From positions 1,760,001 through 1,824,000 of the forward strand of contig OY762209.1 in NCBI GenBank assembly GCA_963665295.1: 64,000 bases of DNA, given 5' to 3'. Made by a program: the position numbers and the translations under genes. This document shows, one piece after another, positions 42,732-53,571 of this stretch. The notes under the pieces are model-generated. The model ran no database searches. It was not told where the DNA came from and worked only from the letters and a program-made list of their open reading frames with translations. This DNA is from Syntrophorhabdaceae bacterium (GTDB lineage Bacteria; Desulfobacterota; Syntrophorhabdia; Syntrophorhabdales; Syntrophorhabdaceae). Each line of letters begins with the position of its first letter. Positions within the stretch are counted from its first letter, which is position 1.

Positions 42732-42889
42732 GATGCCGGGAGATTTGCACCAGGGGGGCGCAGGCCTACCGGCGTAGGAACATGTGTATGGCATCCGGGC
42801 CACAGATTGGAAACCCCGGGGGCACCACTATGGGGCCCCGGCTTGGGTGCAAGCCTTCGCTGATTCAACTGGTCGTTATTTCCGGCATC
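42732..42889 (+). ncRNA. Unidentified structured RNA candidate
   Basis: Closing stem GATGCCGGGA/TTCCGGCATC, inner TTTGCACC/GGTGCAAG, two internal hairpins. Confidence 0.3.
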
Positions 42890-43127
42890 CACTGATTGAG
42901 ATAAATAAGATATGCCGGGTGGAGTAGGCGGGGGCATGGAGGGGAAGTTTCAGATGGGCTGCTCTGTGAAGGGGTGTGGCCTGGAGCCGTACTTAATGTA
43001 CGGAGGAAGGCTCGCCCCTTTGCAGAGGGGTCCATATGGAGCTTTCCCTTTATGCCCACTCCTATCCACTAAAACAAGCCCTAAAACACACGACTTTAGA
43101 ACGCAAACCGTCGTGCCCCCTCGTCCG

Positions 43128-44336
43128 TTATTCGCCTTTTCTCGCGGTGCGATGGATTGCTTCTTCCAGGAGCGCGAGGCCTTCTTCCATTTCTTCCTGC
43201 GCGATATTGAGAGCGGGGAATATCCTGATCATCGTTCCCTGCGTCTGCCTGACAAAGAGTCGCCTGTCGAAGCACTCCGCAGTAACGTCACCGGCGGTTT
43301 CCTCATCCCGGAATTCGAGGGCGAGAAGCAGGCCCTTGCCCCGGACGTCAATTATCATCTCGGGGTACGCCTCCATCCACTTGTGCATGCGGTCGAGGGC
43401 GACACCGCCCATTTTGACGACATTGCCGGCTATATCATGGTCGAGAAGGTAGCGGATGACCGCGTAGGATACGGCACATCCCAGGGGATTGCCGCAGTAG
43501 GTCCCGCCATGATCGCCGGGTTCGAGCATCATCGCGACGGCCTCAGACATGGCGAAAGCGCCGAAAGGAAAGCCCCCGGCTATCCCCTTGGCCATGGTCA
43601 TAAAGTCTGCCTCCACGTTCAGGGGACCTATGGCGAACATGGAGCCGGTCCGGCAAAACCCCGTTTGTATCTCGTCGATGATAAGCATACTGCCGTTTGT
43701 CCGGCACAGTCGGCTTACCTCCTGAAGGTAGCCCTCCTGAGGACATATTACCCCGCCCTCACCTTGAACGGGCTCCAGTATCAGGGCCGCCACGTTTTCG
43801 TCAAGGGCCTTTTTAAGGGCGTCCAGGTCATCATAGGGGACAAACCGGTAATTGGGCATGAGGGGGTTGAACTTTTCCCGGTGCTTGGCCTGCCCCGTGG
43901 CCGATGCCGTGCTGATCGTCCTGCCGTGGAAGCCCTGGTCCATTGCGATGACGTCCAGCCTGCCTGTCGCCTTCCGGGCGAGTTTGATCGCCGCATCGTT
44001 CGCTTCGGCCCCGCTGTTGGAGAAGAACACCCGGGTGAGCGGCGGGGGAAGGATCTCGCTCATCAACGACAGGAGACGGGCCCGCGCCGGAGAGTAGGTG
44101 AGCCCGGAGTTCGGGTTCTGGATAATCTTCCTGCTCTGTTCCAGGAGGGCATCGGTAATCACCGGATGGGCGTGACCGAGGCACGTGACTCCCCAGCCCG
44201 AGGTGAAGTCGAGAAACCGGTTTCCCTCTTCATCCCAGACCTGAACGCCCGCGCCCCTCTCGATCGAGACAGGAATTTTCTTGAAAAAAGGCGGTGTCCG
44301 CTTATCTTCTATCTCCATGGTTATTGACGTTGTCAT
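43128..44336 (-). CDS. argD: Acetylornithine aminotransferase-like class-III enzyme
   Basis: NSGAEAND, FHGRT, EPVQGEGG, DEIQTG, AKG, HGGTYCGNP. Confidence 0.82.
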   Translation of the reverse strand: MTTSITMEIEDKRTPPFFKKIPVSIERGAGVQVWDEEGNRFLDFTSGWGVTCLGHAHPVITDALLEQSRKIIQNPNSGLTYSPARARLLSLMSEILPPPLTRVFFSNSGAEANDAAIKLARKATGRLDVIAMDQGFHGRTISTASATGQAKHREKFNPLMPNYRFVPYDDLDALKKALDENVAALILEPVQGEGGVICPQEGYLQEVSRLCRTNGSMLIIDEIQTGFCRTGSMFAIGPLNVEADFMTMAKGIAGGFPFGAFAMSEAVAMMLEPGDHGGTYCGNPLGCAVSYAVIRYLLDHDIAGNVVKMGGVALDRMHKWMEAYPEMIIDVRGKGLLLALEFRDEETAGDVTAECFDRRLFVRQTQGTMIRIFPALNIAQEEMEEGLALLEEAIHRTARKGE

Positions 44337-44514
44337 TCTTTCCTCTCCACCGGATTATATTAGTGCCGCGGAAATCCGCGGGTCTGAAATCCTATCGCCC
44401 CTCACATCTTTTGTCAAACGGAATAAACGGTCCCGGCGGCCACGGGAGGGTTTCTCCTTCCCTTTTCTTACCCCGGAAGGTTACAATGTCTTTGGATTTG
44501 AGGAGGAAGACATC

Positions 44515-44973
44515 ATGGATTATCGGCAAATGACTTCACCATGCGGCCTTGACTGCTTTAATTGCCCCGCGTACCTGGCGAAGGGGGATGCGGAACTGAG
44601 GGCGGACATCGCCCGGAAACTCAACATATCTCCCGCGGAGGCCACATGCAAGGGGTGCAGGGACGCACGGGGCATCATATCCTTTTTGGGTGACAGCAAG
44701 GCATGCGCAATATTCGATTGCACGAGCAGGCAAGGCATTGAGTACTGCTATGAATGCGGCGATTTTCCCTGCGACCATCTCCACCCCTATGCGGACCAGG
44801 CATCGGTGAGACCGCATAACACCAAGCTTTTCAACTTGTGTCTGATCAAGAAGATGGGGATTGAACGATGGGCTGAAGACAAGGCGGCGAAGGTCAAGGA
44901 AACTTACTTCAAGGGCAAGCTTAGAGTACATCACGCAGATAACGGCGAAGCGGCCCCTAAAACGGAGAGCTGA
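44515..44973 (+). CDS. DUF3795 Cys-rich protein
   Basis: PCGLDCFNC, CKGC, CYECGDFPC; GAGGAGG RBS. Confidence 0.85.
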   Translation: MDYRQMTSPCGLDCFNCPAYLAKGDAELRADIARKLNISPAEATCKGCRDARGIISFLGDSKACAIFDCTSRQGIEYCYECGDFPCDHLHPYADQASVRPHNTKLFNLCLIKKMGIERWAEDKAAKVKETYFKGKLRVHHADNGEAAPKTES

Positions 44974-45022
44974 GACGGGCAGACTCAGCCGGCAAGAAAG
45001 ATCCCCGCGTCCCGTCCGTCGC

Positions 45023-45778
45023 TTACTCCGCGCACATCCTGTCTATGAGACTGACCCCGTCATCTCTGATACAAGTGTACCAGATTCCGTTGGTCCAACT
45101 CGTCCGCCCGGCCCTGATGTTTTCAAAGACCGCGGCGATAAAGTAAGGAAGCTCTTTTGCGGGACTCATTGAGCCGCTCCACCCAAGGAGCCCGCCCCTG
45201 AAAGGCCCCGTCCTCGTCGTCACGTGGTTTATTTTGATGGCGCCAATCGTTTTTCCGCTCTTTGTATCGATTATTCTGACTTCCATCTCGCAGAGGCCGC
45301 ACTTGAGCCCTGCGGCAACTACTGTTTTGGCCAACTGTTTGCCGGTGATCTCCTGATACTTTGCGATGGAACCGAGCAACGCTATGTCGGCGCCTGGACC
45401 ATCGGTTCGGTCCACTCTGGTGAATAGCTCCTTCTGCAGCAGCACTGTCTTCACCTCGTCTGCCGCGCCCCTCGTGACGTCTTCCCCTGCCCGCGGGTCA
45501 GACGACTTGAAATCCGGTATATAGACCGACTTGACTCCGGTGAAGTCATAGTCTTTATGGACGTAGTACACCAGAGTCGGTTCGCAGGTCGATCCAATGG
45601 AGTTGCTCACCTTCGCCTGAGACAGGTTGGCTGCAGCCTCCAACTGTGCGTAATCCTCCTGCTCCAGTGCGCCCAGGGGACGAACCTTCATACTTACCGG
45701 CGCGTGACAACCTGTACAGATTGCGAGGACAATCGCCATAGCCGCCATCATCGATCCAAGCCGCTTTTCTCCCGTCAT
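45023..45778 (-). CDS. Lipoprotein, DUF4410-like
   Basis: Lipobox ICTG-C; GGAGG RBS. Confidence 0.6.
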   Translation of the reverse strand: MTGEKRLGSMMAAMAIVLAICTGCHAPVSMKVRPLGALEQEDYAQLEAAANLSQAKVSNSIGSTCEPTLVYYVHKDYDFTGVKSVYIPDFKSSDPRAGEDVTRGAADEVKTVLLQKELFTRVDRTDGPGADIALLGSIAKYQEITGKQLAKTVVAAGLKCGLCEMEVRIIDTKSGKTIGAIKINHVTTRTGPFRGGLLGWSGSMSPAKELPYFIAAVFENIRAGRTSWTNGIWYTCIRDDGVSLIDRMCAE

Positions 45779-45888
45779 TTCAACCTCCCATGCTGATCAG
45801 ACATTATATCGGTTCCCCTCGATAGAACACGTGTATTTTACCCGGCGTCGAATGAACCCCGTGTTCCGGAGCAACATGGAGCAGCGTA

Positions 45889-47016
45889 TTACAGGCTTCC
45901 CACCTTTTCATTGAAGGCTTTTTCCAACTCGGCAAGGGCCGCCTTGAGGTCGGCTTCCTCGATAGTCGGGCCGCACCAGAAACGATAGCCGGGGGGCGCA
46001 TCCTTGTAAGCGTTGATGTCGTGCACCGTGCCCGCCTTGCTCAGGTCCGACGCGACGCTCTTGAGGAAGGTGCGCTTTTCATCGGCGCTCAGCGCATTGA
46101 CTTTGGGGTGGGTCACGCTCAGGCACACGGATGTATTGGAGCGGACCTCGGGATCACGGGCCAGAAATTCAATCCAGTCGATTTTGGCGACCCAGTCGGC
46201 CACTGCTTTCAGGTTGGCCTGACTCTTCCTGATCAGGCCGGGAACGCCGATCTTGCCCGCCCAATCCAGCGCGTCGAGATAGTCTTCCACGCAGAGCATG
46301 GAAGGGGTGTTAATGACGTCGCCTTCGAAGATCGCTTTGTTTACCTTGCCGCCCTTCTTGAGACGGAATATCTTGGGCATGGGCCAGGGCGGATCGTATG
46401 ATTCGAGACGCGCCACCGCACGGGGACCCAAAACCATCATACCATGGGCAGCTTCGCCGCCCAGACATTTCTGCCAGGAGAAGGTCAAAACATCAACCTT
46501 GCTCCAGTCTATTTCCATGGCGTACGCGGCGCTGGTGGCATCACACAGAGACAGGCCTTCGCGGTCGGCGGGAATCCAATCATAGTCGGGAATTTTCACA
46601 CCGCTGGTCGTCCCGTTGGCCACAAACACCACGTCATTTGTCCAGTCAACAGATTTTAAATCGGGGAGCTTTCCGTAATCGGCCTTGATGATTTTGGGGT
46701 CGAGTTTAAGTTGTGTGGCAACATCTGTTGCCCAGCCTTCGGAAAAGCTTTCCCAGACCAATACGGTAACCGGCCTGGGGCCCAACAGGCTCCACATGGC
46801 GCATTCAAACGCTCCCGTATCGGATGCAGGCATAATGCCCACCAGGTAATCCGGCGGAATACTTAATAGTTGTCGTGTATCATTAATGGCTTTGACGATT
46901 CTTCCCTTGCCCGCCGGGGATCGGTGAGACCGTCCGACCGGCGCGTTCTTCAACGCATCGATACTCCACGACGGCCTCTTGCTGCAGGGTCCGGAACTGA
47001 AATTAGAGTTTCCCAT
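45889..47016 (-). CDS. serC: Phosphoserine aminotransferase (Methanosarcina/alphaproteobacterial type)
   Basis: [38 protein letters not shown]. Confidence 0.92.
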   Translation of the reverse strand: MGNSNFSSGPCSKRPSWSIDALKNAPVGRSHRSPAGKGRIVKAINDTRQLLSIPPDYLVGIMPASDTGAFECAMWSLLGPRPVTVLVWESFSEGWATDVATQLKLDPKIIKADYGKLPDLKSVDWTNDVVFVANGTTSGVKIPDYDWIPADREGLSLCDATSAAYAMEIDWSKVDVLTFSWQKCLGGEAAHGMMVLGPRAVARLESYDPPWPMPKIFRLKKGGKVNKAIFEGDVINTPSMLCVEDYLDALDWAGKIGVPGLIRKSQANLKAVADWVAKIDWIEFLARDPEVRSNTSVCLSVTHPKVNALSADEKRTFLKSVASDLSKAGTVHDINAYKDAPPGYRFWCGPTIEEADLKAALAELEKAFNEKVGSL

Positions 47017-47127
47017 AGATAAGGTTCCTTAAAATGAATTTTTCAAAACTATCTTTTTCTTACCAATATTGAAGCTTTTACGCAATGAATTTTAATCACC
47101 TGAGCCTCCCCAGGCATGAGGCTCACC

Positions 47128-48352
47128 TCACCGGCGCACCGCACCAAAGCGCCTCCACGCCATGAGAACCACGGGCGCCGCCGCCATTGCCGCCGATGCC
47201 ACACCCATGACCGCGAAGCCGCCCGCAGCATACACCACCCCGCTTCCCACCTGACTCGCCGCCGATGCCAGATTCAGGAGCAGATCGTTGAACCCCTGTG
47301 TCTTGGCCCGTTCTCCCGGTGACAGGTGATCGGCCAGGAGTGTTGACCCGGCCACATAGGCGAAGTTCCAACCCAACCCGAGGAGGAATAGGGCAATCGA
47401 GAGGGACAGGAAACCCACGGAAGGCGCTGCGAGCAGGCACGATACAATGAGCACTGCCGATCCCAGAGTAATCACGGGCTTTCGCCCCCATCGGTCGGTC
47501 AGTCTCCCGGAAATCACCGAAAAAGCGTACATCCCCAGGGTGTGCGCGGAGATTACGAAGGACACGGCGGTCAGGGGGTGCTGATGGGCCCGCATGTGCA
47601 CTGATGTTATCGACATGGGCACCATCATCACCACCTGGGCAAAAACCATTGCCGTCATGGCAATGATGACCTCCGGCTGTTTCACAATCTCTGCAAGAGA
47701 GCGTGTTGTCTGTCGGCGGGCCGATTCGGGGTGGATAAGGGCAAGCTCACGGCCGACTTCGCGCGGGTCGGGTCTCAGTCGTGCGAAGATCAGCAGAGCC
47801 GCGAGAGCAAGGACCACAGAACCGAGTACGTAAGGCCCGGCAAGCTCCGGGAGTCCCGTCCATGTCGCCAGTTGCCCTGTAGGTCCCACCAGAAGCGGCC
47901 CCAGGATTGCGCCCACCGTGCTTCCCAGCACGACATTGGCGATGGCATGCCCCCGTTTCTCCGGCAGGTGGACCTCCGCTGCCGCGAAGCGTCCGAGATC
48001 GACGGCCGACCTCGCCATCCCCATCAGGACCAGGCCGATCAAAAAGAGTGGGAACGAGCGGCGGGCCACGGCAGCCACGGCAATTACCGAGCCTGCCACC
48101 CCTATTATCTGGCCGAGGACGATAGTGCGACGGCGGCCGATCCTTTATACTCAAACCCCAGACCATGGAGCCGCCTGCCTGCCCCAGCACATAGAGGGCC
48201 CCGGGCACTCCTGCCATGGCTGTTCGGCCGCTCAGTTCAATGCCCACTATGGCATTGACGGTGAAGGCGGCGATGAAGGCAGCGGAACTGAGGCCCTGGG
48301 ACATAAAGAGGGCCGCCGTAATTTTCTTTGCGAGTGAATCGTAATCTTTCAT
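47128..48352 (-). pseudogene. MFS transporter, frameshifted
   Basis: N-terminal TMs and the RIGRRRT motif lie in different frames; one-base shift near 48146. Confidence 0.75.
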
Positions 48353-48362
48353 ATTTCCATCG

Positions 48363-48797
48363 TCATTCAGCAGAAAGGGCATCACCTTCGATATTCCGGT
48401 CATTGCTCTGCGACGGTTGGCCTGCCAGAGTTATCCTGATGACGGAATTTGCCTTCAGCGTGTGGTGCACCGGGCAGTTCTCCACATGCTTCAGAAGTTC
48501 TTCGCTTTGGCGTGCGTCGAGTGCGGTGTCTTTCATGTCAATGACCATGTTGATGTCCGACAGCCGTTCTCTCCCGTTTGTAAGCCCGGCTTCGGCTTTT
48601 ATGGCAAAGCCCTTCGTGTCGATGTGCTCTCCCCGGATAAAGTCTCCCACCCAGTGCCCTGCGCCTCGTCATAGGCCTGCAAGAACGGTTTCGATGGGGT
48701 TTGCCCCCGTGCCTGCCGTGTCGATCACGAAACTGTAATCTTTTGTGGCTGCGAAATGCCGTGAATCTCCAATGTTCTCGATCGATGCACTATACAT
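48363..48797 (-). pseudogene. OsmC-family protein with in-frame TGA (48669-48671)
   Basis: GANPIETVLAGL*RGAGHW...CPVHHTL in one frame; AGGAGG RBS. Confidence 0.7.
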
Positions 48798-49016
48798 AAC
48801 TCCTCCTTTTGCCATTGTTCCGTTGCGGGACCTTTGCGTCGGCAATGGTCGCGCCCCCTTTTCTGCCTTATTTAAGCACAAGCGCCGAAAAGGTAACAGA
48901 CGCAGAATTCCAGTTTTTTCGTCTGACAGTTGCATCCTGAACGCAACTGTGCCCGTGGAATATGGGCCAAAGTGTATTTGTATTCACTCCTTAAGACGCG
49001 GTATAATGGGGCTGTC

Positions 49017-49100
49017 ATGATGGAGAATTCCGGGGTGGAATCGAAAAATCCGTTGCTTTATGAAGATGTCGCCCTCAGAGTGACCGCGATGATCGACAAG
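49017..49100 (+). pseudogene. Remnant N-terminus of a GntR/MocR regulator
   Basis: PLLYEDVALRVTAMI resembles the first helix of GntR; the similarity then stops. Confidence 0.4.
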
Positions 49101-49199
49101 TCAATTAGGTTAGACCGGTCGGCTCATGGTTGGTGTTTCAACTTGAAAACCAGCAGGGATTTGAGCATAATAGACTCAAATGGAGCAGGAGGGAGAGGC

Positions 49200-50693
49200 A
49201 TGATACGCGGAACTTCGAGTCTTACAGTCACGAGTGAACTATCATATTTGCCTGCAATACAGGCTTTCGCACGAGAGTTTGCAAGGGAAACAGGATTCGG
49301 CGGCAATGATCAGGAAATGATCGTTCTGGCCCTTGAGGAGGCTGTTACAAATGTAATCGAGCACGCCTTCGAGTCCGGGGAGCAGCCATTTCAGATTATC
49401 TTCAAGCCCTCGACAGGGGGTATCGAGATCATAGTTAAAGACATGGGCTTGCCTTACGATCTTAGCCTCCTCCCCAAATACGAAGCGCCTACGGACATTG
49501 AGGGGATGCCTTCCAGAGGCCTCGGATCTCTTATCATGGGGAAATGTGTTGACGAGGTGTTTCTCTGTAACCTGGGAAAGGGAGGGAAAGAACTGCATCT
49601 CGTTAAACGCCTACCGGTCAGGAGCGTCGTGGAACTGGTTGAGTGTCCGGAACCTGGCCCGTCTCGGAAACCCGTCGCCGACAAGGATGTGCCCGACTCG
49701 TCCTCTTCAGTTGAGTTGAGGTTGATGAAGTCCTCCGAAGCACTGGAAGTATCCAAGCTCTTCTATCGGGCATACGGGTATTCATACCTGTCGGACGTGA
49801 TGTACTACCCGGAAAGGCTTGCCGAGTACAATCGGGAAGGTCTCATCACTTCGATTGTCGCAGTATCTGAAGAAGGGGAAATTGTCGGACACCTGGCCAT
49901 GACCAGGGAAAAGCGTGACGATACGGTGGCTGAAGCGGGAAAAGGCGCGGTGAAACCAAGCTTCAGGGGCAAAGATATCTTCACGGGGATGCAAAGACTT
50001 CTTAACGACACAGCCAAAGCCATGGGAATCAGGGCCCTTTACGGGAGGGCGGTCACGGTTCATAGCGCTACACAGAAGATGGTGGAGAAGACGGGCTACA
50101 AATTGTGCGGGGTGGTTCTCGGTTACGCTCCGGCTGATATGGCGTTCAAGGGGATCCAGGAGCAACTCTCCCAGCGGGAAAGCCTGATATATTGTTTTCA
50201 GCCCGTCGTTGAGCTGCCGGTCACATCGGTGTTCCTCCCTTCCCATCACGAGGCCATCTTACGCCGGATATACTCGCATCTCGGCCTGACCAGGAATTTC
50301 CACACACCATTCGAAATAGTTCCGGTGGCGGACCTGTCGGTAATGGAAGTGAAGGTGTATTCCGAAATAAACAGTGCGGAGATCGTGGTTCGCCAATATG
50401 GCAAGGATGTTATAAGAGTCCTTCGGGACCACCTGAGAGACCTTTGCGCCAAAAGAATTGATCATTTTACTCTCTTCCTGGATTTGGGGGACCAGGCAAC
50501 GGCCCTCATGTGTGAAGAGATAGAAAGACTGGGATTCTTCATGGGCGGGATCATCCCTTGCCTTCACTTTGAAGACACGCTGATACTCCAATACCTGAAT
50601 AACCTGATTGTCGATCCTTCCAAGATAAAACTGCATTCCCCTATGGTAAAGGAAATTGTCGCCTACGTTAATGACCACATCGGCGGGAAATAG
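49200..50693 (+). CDS. Anti-sigma-type HATPase plus GNAT-fold protein
   Basis: LALEEAVTNVIEHA, DxG, GLG; V.PSFRGK; GGAGAGG RBS. Confidence 0.8.
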   Translation: MIRGTSSLTVTSELSYLPAIQAFAREFARETGFGGNDQEMIVLALEEAVTNVIEHAFESGEQPFQIIFKPSTGGIEIIVKDMGLPYDLSLLPKYEAPTDIEGMPSRGLGSLIMGKCVDEVFLCNLGKGGKELHLVKRLPVRSVVELVECPEPGPSRKPVADKDVPDSSSSVELRLMKSSEALEVSKLFYRAYGYSYLSDVMYYPERLAEYNREGLITSIVAVSEEGEIVGHLAMTREKRDDTVAEAGKGAVKPSFRGKDIFTGMQRLLNDTAKAMGIRALYGRAVTVHSATQKMVEKTGYKLCGVVLGYAPADMAFKGIQEQLSQRESLIYCFQPVVELPVTSVFLPSHHEAILRRIYSHLGLTRNFHTPFEIVPVADLSVMEVKVYSEINSAEIVVRQYGKDVIRVLRDHLRDLCAKRIDHFTLFLDLGDQATALMCEEIERLGFFMGGIIPCLHFEDTLILQYLNNLIVDPSKIKLHSPMVKEIVAYVNDHIGGK

Positions 50694-50857
50694 GGGACAG
50701 GGATGTCCATTAAACTATCAAATAAGCCATACTATAGCCTTTCTGTACCCCTAAGATGATGCACCGCCCCTGCGGCACCAATGCGAGCTTTTCTCGGCAT
50801 GAAGATATCAGGGGGAGCACGGATGTCAAATGAATGTGATTATTTAATGGCCGTCCC
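50691..50857 (-). mobile_element. Internally deleted RAYT derivative 1 (MITE-like)
   Basis: Promoter + MPRKARIGAAGAVHHL joined to KGYSMAYLIV*; end IRs GGGATGTCCATTAAA / TTTAATGGCCGTCCC. Confidence 0.8.
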
Positions 50858-50887
50858 TAATGTACCCTAATGTACCCTAATGTACCC
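50858..50887 (+). repeat. TAATGTACCC x3 tandem repeat
   Basis: Three perfect 10-bp copies abutting the RAYT-type end. Confidence 0.9.
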
Positions 50888-51413
50888 TTTTAATGGACGT
50901 TATATATTCCCATGCATTCACACCAGACTCCGGAGCATAGCAGAAAAAAAGGTTTTTTATCAGACTACCAAAAAATGAGACCCCCTGTTAAGATTGAAGT
51001 TCCACCAACAAACTCAACCAGGAGGTCTCAGATGAAACAAAAAGATGATAGCAGGTTGAAGGAATTTCGTCAATTGAAGCGCGAGATTCGCGGCTCCAGG
51101 GAGTATCTGGTGATCGGCATAGACATCGCGAAGGAGCGCCACCATGCCTTCTTCGGCATGCCCACAGGAAAGACCCTTTTGCGAAGGCTTGTATTCGATA
51201 ATACGAGAGAAGGCTTTGAAAGCCTCTGTCTCCATGCGGATACCCTTGCAAAACAGTACGATCTTAAGAAGGTCGTCTTCGGCATGGAGCCTACGGCAGA
51301 CTATCATAAACCTCTCGCTGAGTATCTCATAGGGCAGGGACATATGGTGAGTTAGGATGGATATAGTGGACACCATATGCGGTACAATATGGATACATAA
51401 CGGAGGTGTCCGA

Positions 51414-51722
51414 GTGGCAAAGATTCCCAGAGGAGTGTTTACAAAAGAGTTCAAAGAGGAAGCGGTAAGAATGGTGACGGAGGGCGGTCTCGGCATACCT
51501 GAGGTAGGCAGAAGACTGTCACTTGCGAAGTCAACCCTCGCTCGGTGGGTAGCCCAGGCAAAAAGGGGCGGCCTTGTGGTAACGCGAGGTCAGGCGACGG
51601 ACCAGGACATGGAAGTGGCCCGCCTGAAGCGTGAGATAGCTGAGCTCAAGATGGAGCGCGATATTTTAAAAAACGCGACCGCGTACTTTGCCAGAGAGTC
51701 GCTCAAAGGTACGCGATCGTGA
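51414..51722 (+). CDS. IS3 OrfA
   Basis: FTKEFKEEAV HTH, leucine zipper ERDILK. Confidence 0.9.
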   Translation: MAKIPRGVFTKEFKEEAVRMVTEGGLGIPEVGRRLSLAKSTLARWVAQAKRGGLVVTRGQATDQDMEVARLKREIAELKMERDILKNATAYFARESLKGTRS

Positions 51723-52579
51723 AAATCCTGCGACTCAAATATCCCCTTGCCCTTCTCTGTCAGGTACTCGAAGTATCTCGAAGCGGTTACTATGCATGGT
51801 TTAACCGCCCGCTTTCGCGACGCGCCCAGGAGGAAGAACGGCTGGAGATAGAGATAAAAGCTGCTCACAAAAGAACCCGGAAGACCTGCGGTCCCGAGAG
51901 ACTGCAAAAGGATCTTGCCGGGCATGGCGTAAAGGTGGGCATCTCAAGGATCAGACGGATAAGGAAGAGGCTCGGTATACGGTGTAAACAAGTGAAGAAG
52001 TACAAAACCACCACAGACTCGAATCATTCGCTCCCCGTGGCGGAGAACATCCTTGATCAGGATTTTACCGTGGAGGCTCCCGACGAGGTGTGGGTCAGCG
52101 ATATCACCTACATCCCTACCGATGAGGGCTGGCTCTACTGTGCCGCCCACAAGGACCTTTTTACCGGGGAGATCGTGGGCTACGCCCTGGGGGCGAGAAT
52201 GACCAGGGAGCTTGTGCTTAGGTCTCTCATAAGAGCAGTGGCAGTAAGAAAGCCACCGAAAGGCCTGATCCACCACTCGGATCGGGGAAGCCAGTACTGC
52301 TCTACTGAATATCAGAGACTACTCCTGCAGTTCGGCATGAAAGCTTCAATGAGCAGAAGGGGCAACTGCTACGACAACGCGCCCATGGAAAGCTTCTGGG
52401 GTACGTTGAAAAATGAGCTTATCCATCACCGTAATTACCATACGAGGGATGAGGCGACCGGGGAGATTACCGAGTATATAGAAGTCTTCTATAACCGGGA
52501 GAGGCGCCAGAAACGGCTCGACTATTTATCTCCTGCGGCATACGCAAGAAGATACTATGCCCAGAAAAGGGCGGCGTGA
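51719..52579 (+). CDS. IS3 OrfB DDE transposase
   Basis: WVSDITY, HHSDRGSQY, GNCYDNAPMESFW. Confidence 0.93.
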   Translation: MKILRLKYPLALLCQVLEVSRSGYYAWFNRPLSRRAQEEERLEIEIKAAHKRTRKTCGPERLQKDLAGHGVKVGISRIRRIRKRLGIRCKQVKKYKTTTDSNHSLPVAENILDQDFTVEAPDEVWVSDITYIPTDEGWLYCAAHKDLFTGEIVGYALGARMTRELVLRSLIRAVAVRKPPKGLIHHSDRGSQYCSTEYQRLLLQFGMKASMSRRGNCYDNAPMESFWGTLKNELIHHRNYHTRDEATGEITEYIEVFYNRERRQKRLDYLSPAAYARRYYAQKRAA

Positions 52580-53571
52580 GAGACATTATTGGTGTCCACT
52601 ATTGACATCGGGGGTCATGGTGGCGCTTGTAGGAGGCGCTGCGGTAAAGAAGAACCGGGAGCTCCTCGATGGACGATGGGATAAACACGATACCAAGGAT
52701 GCCGCGAATGTGGCCGATCTCATTACCCAGGGGAAGTGCCTCTACTATGATCTTCCTTCTCCCGATATAAGAAGCCTAAGAAACCTCCTCTCTTTGTTGA
52801 GACGTCTTAAGAAACAGGAGCAGGGGTATAAGGTAAGGATCAGGAATCACCTTATCGCCCGTTTCTTCCCCGAGATGGATGAGCATTTCCATCACAGTGA
52901 AGGACCGGCCATTGTGAAATGGTGCCTCGATCCGAAAGAGATTACCGCCCTTCCTTTTGAAGAATTCTTTCGTATGGTCTCCCAGGGAAGAGAGAAACAG
53001 CGGATGAGGATACAAGCGATCCATAACAAGGCGGCATCCTCCATAGGCTGTGAGGTGACCCCGAGCGTCCCCTTCGAAGCACGGATGCTCCTTAAGGGGC
53101 TGGAGGAGATCCGTGCCATGGTGCAGGCAACGGACGGGGCAATTGCCAAAGCATGCGCCGGGCTTCCCGAGTACGACTGTCTCCTGAGCATCCCCGGGTT
53201 CGGCCCCCGCATCTCTGCAATGGTACTCGGAGCAATAGGCAATCCCTATAGATTCGAAAATGAGCGCCAGGTGCTTAAGATGGCGGGACTCGATCTCTCT
53301 AAGAACCAGAGCGGGAAGAGCGAGGGTATCCCCGTCATCTCCAAGAAAGGCAAGGCCGATCTCCGATATGGTCTCTACCAGGCGGCGCTTGTCGCCTCTA
53401 CTGCGAATCATCGCCTCATGGCGTACTTTACGGGAAAGCTCCATGGCAGGGAACGGGAGAAAGGGATCGCCACCAAGATGAGGGTGAAGCTCTCCGCAAA
53501 GATGCTGGTCATTGCATGGACCTTGATGAAGAAGAAGGAGATGTTTGATCCGGACATAATGAAGTGAAAGA

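Larger units (their letters stand above)
51348..52617 (+). mobile_element. IS3-family element
   Basis: TG...CA ends; imperfect IRs sharing ATAGTGGACACCA; 3-bp TSD TGG. Confidence 0.92.
51032..53567 (+). pseudogene. IS110 DEDD recombinase split by IS3
   Basis: GIDIAK, MEPT, KHDTKDA, SIPGFG, QSG; removing the IS3 and one TGG restores HMVAL in frame. Confidence 0.9.

Noticed and set aside
42732..43010. NiCo or c-di-AMP riboswitch, 6S RNA, tRNA-Sec
   Set aside because: Only short fragmentary matches, and the wrong strand for the flanking genes.
48930..49199. N-terminal extension making a 587-aa fusion protein
   Set aside because: A good RBS precedes ATG 49200; the upstream part looks like a regulator remnant that is in frame by chance.
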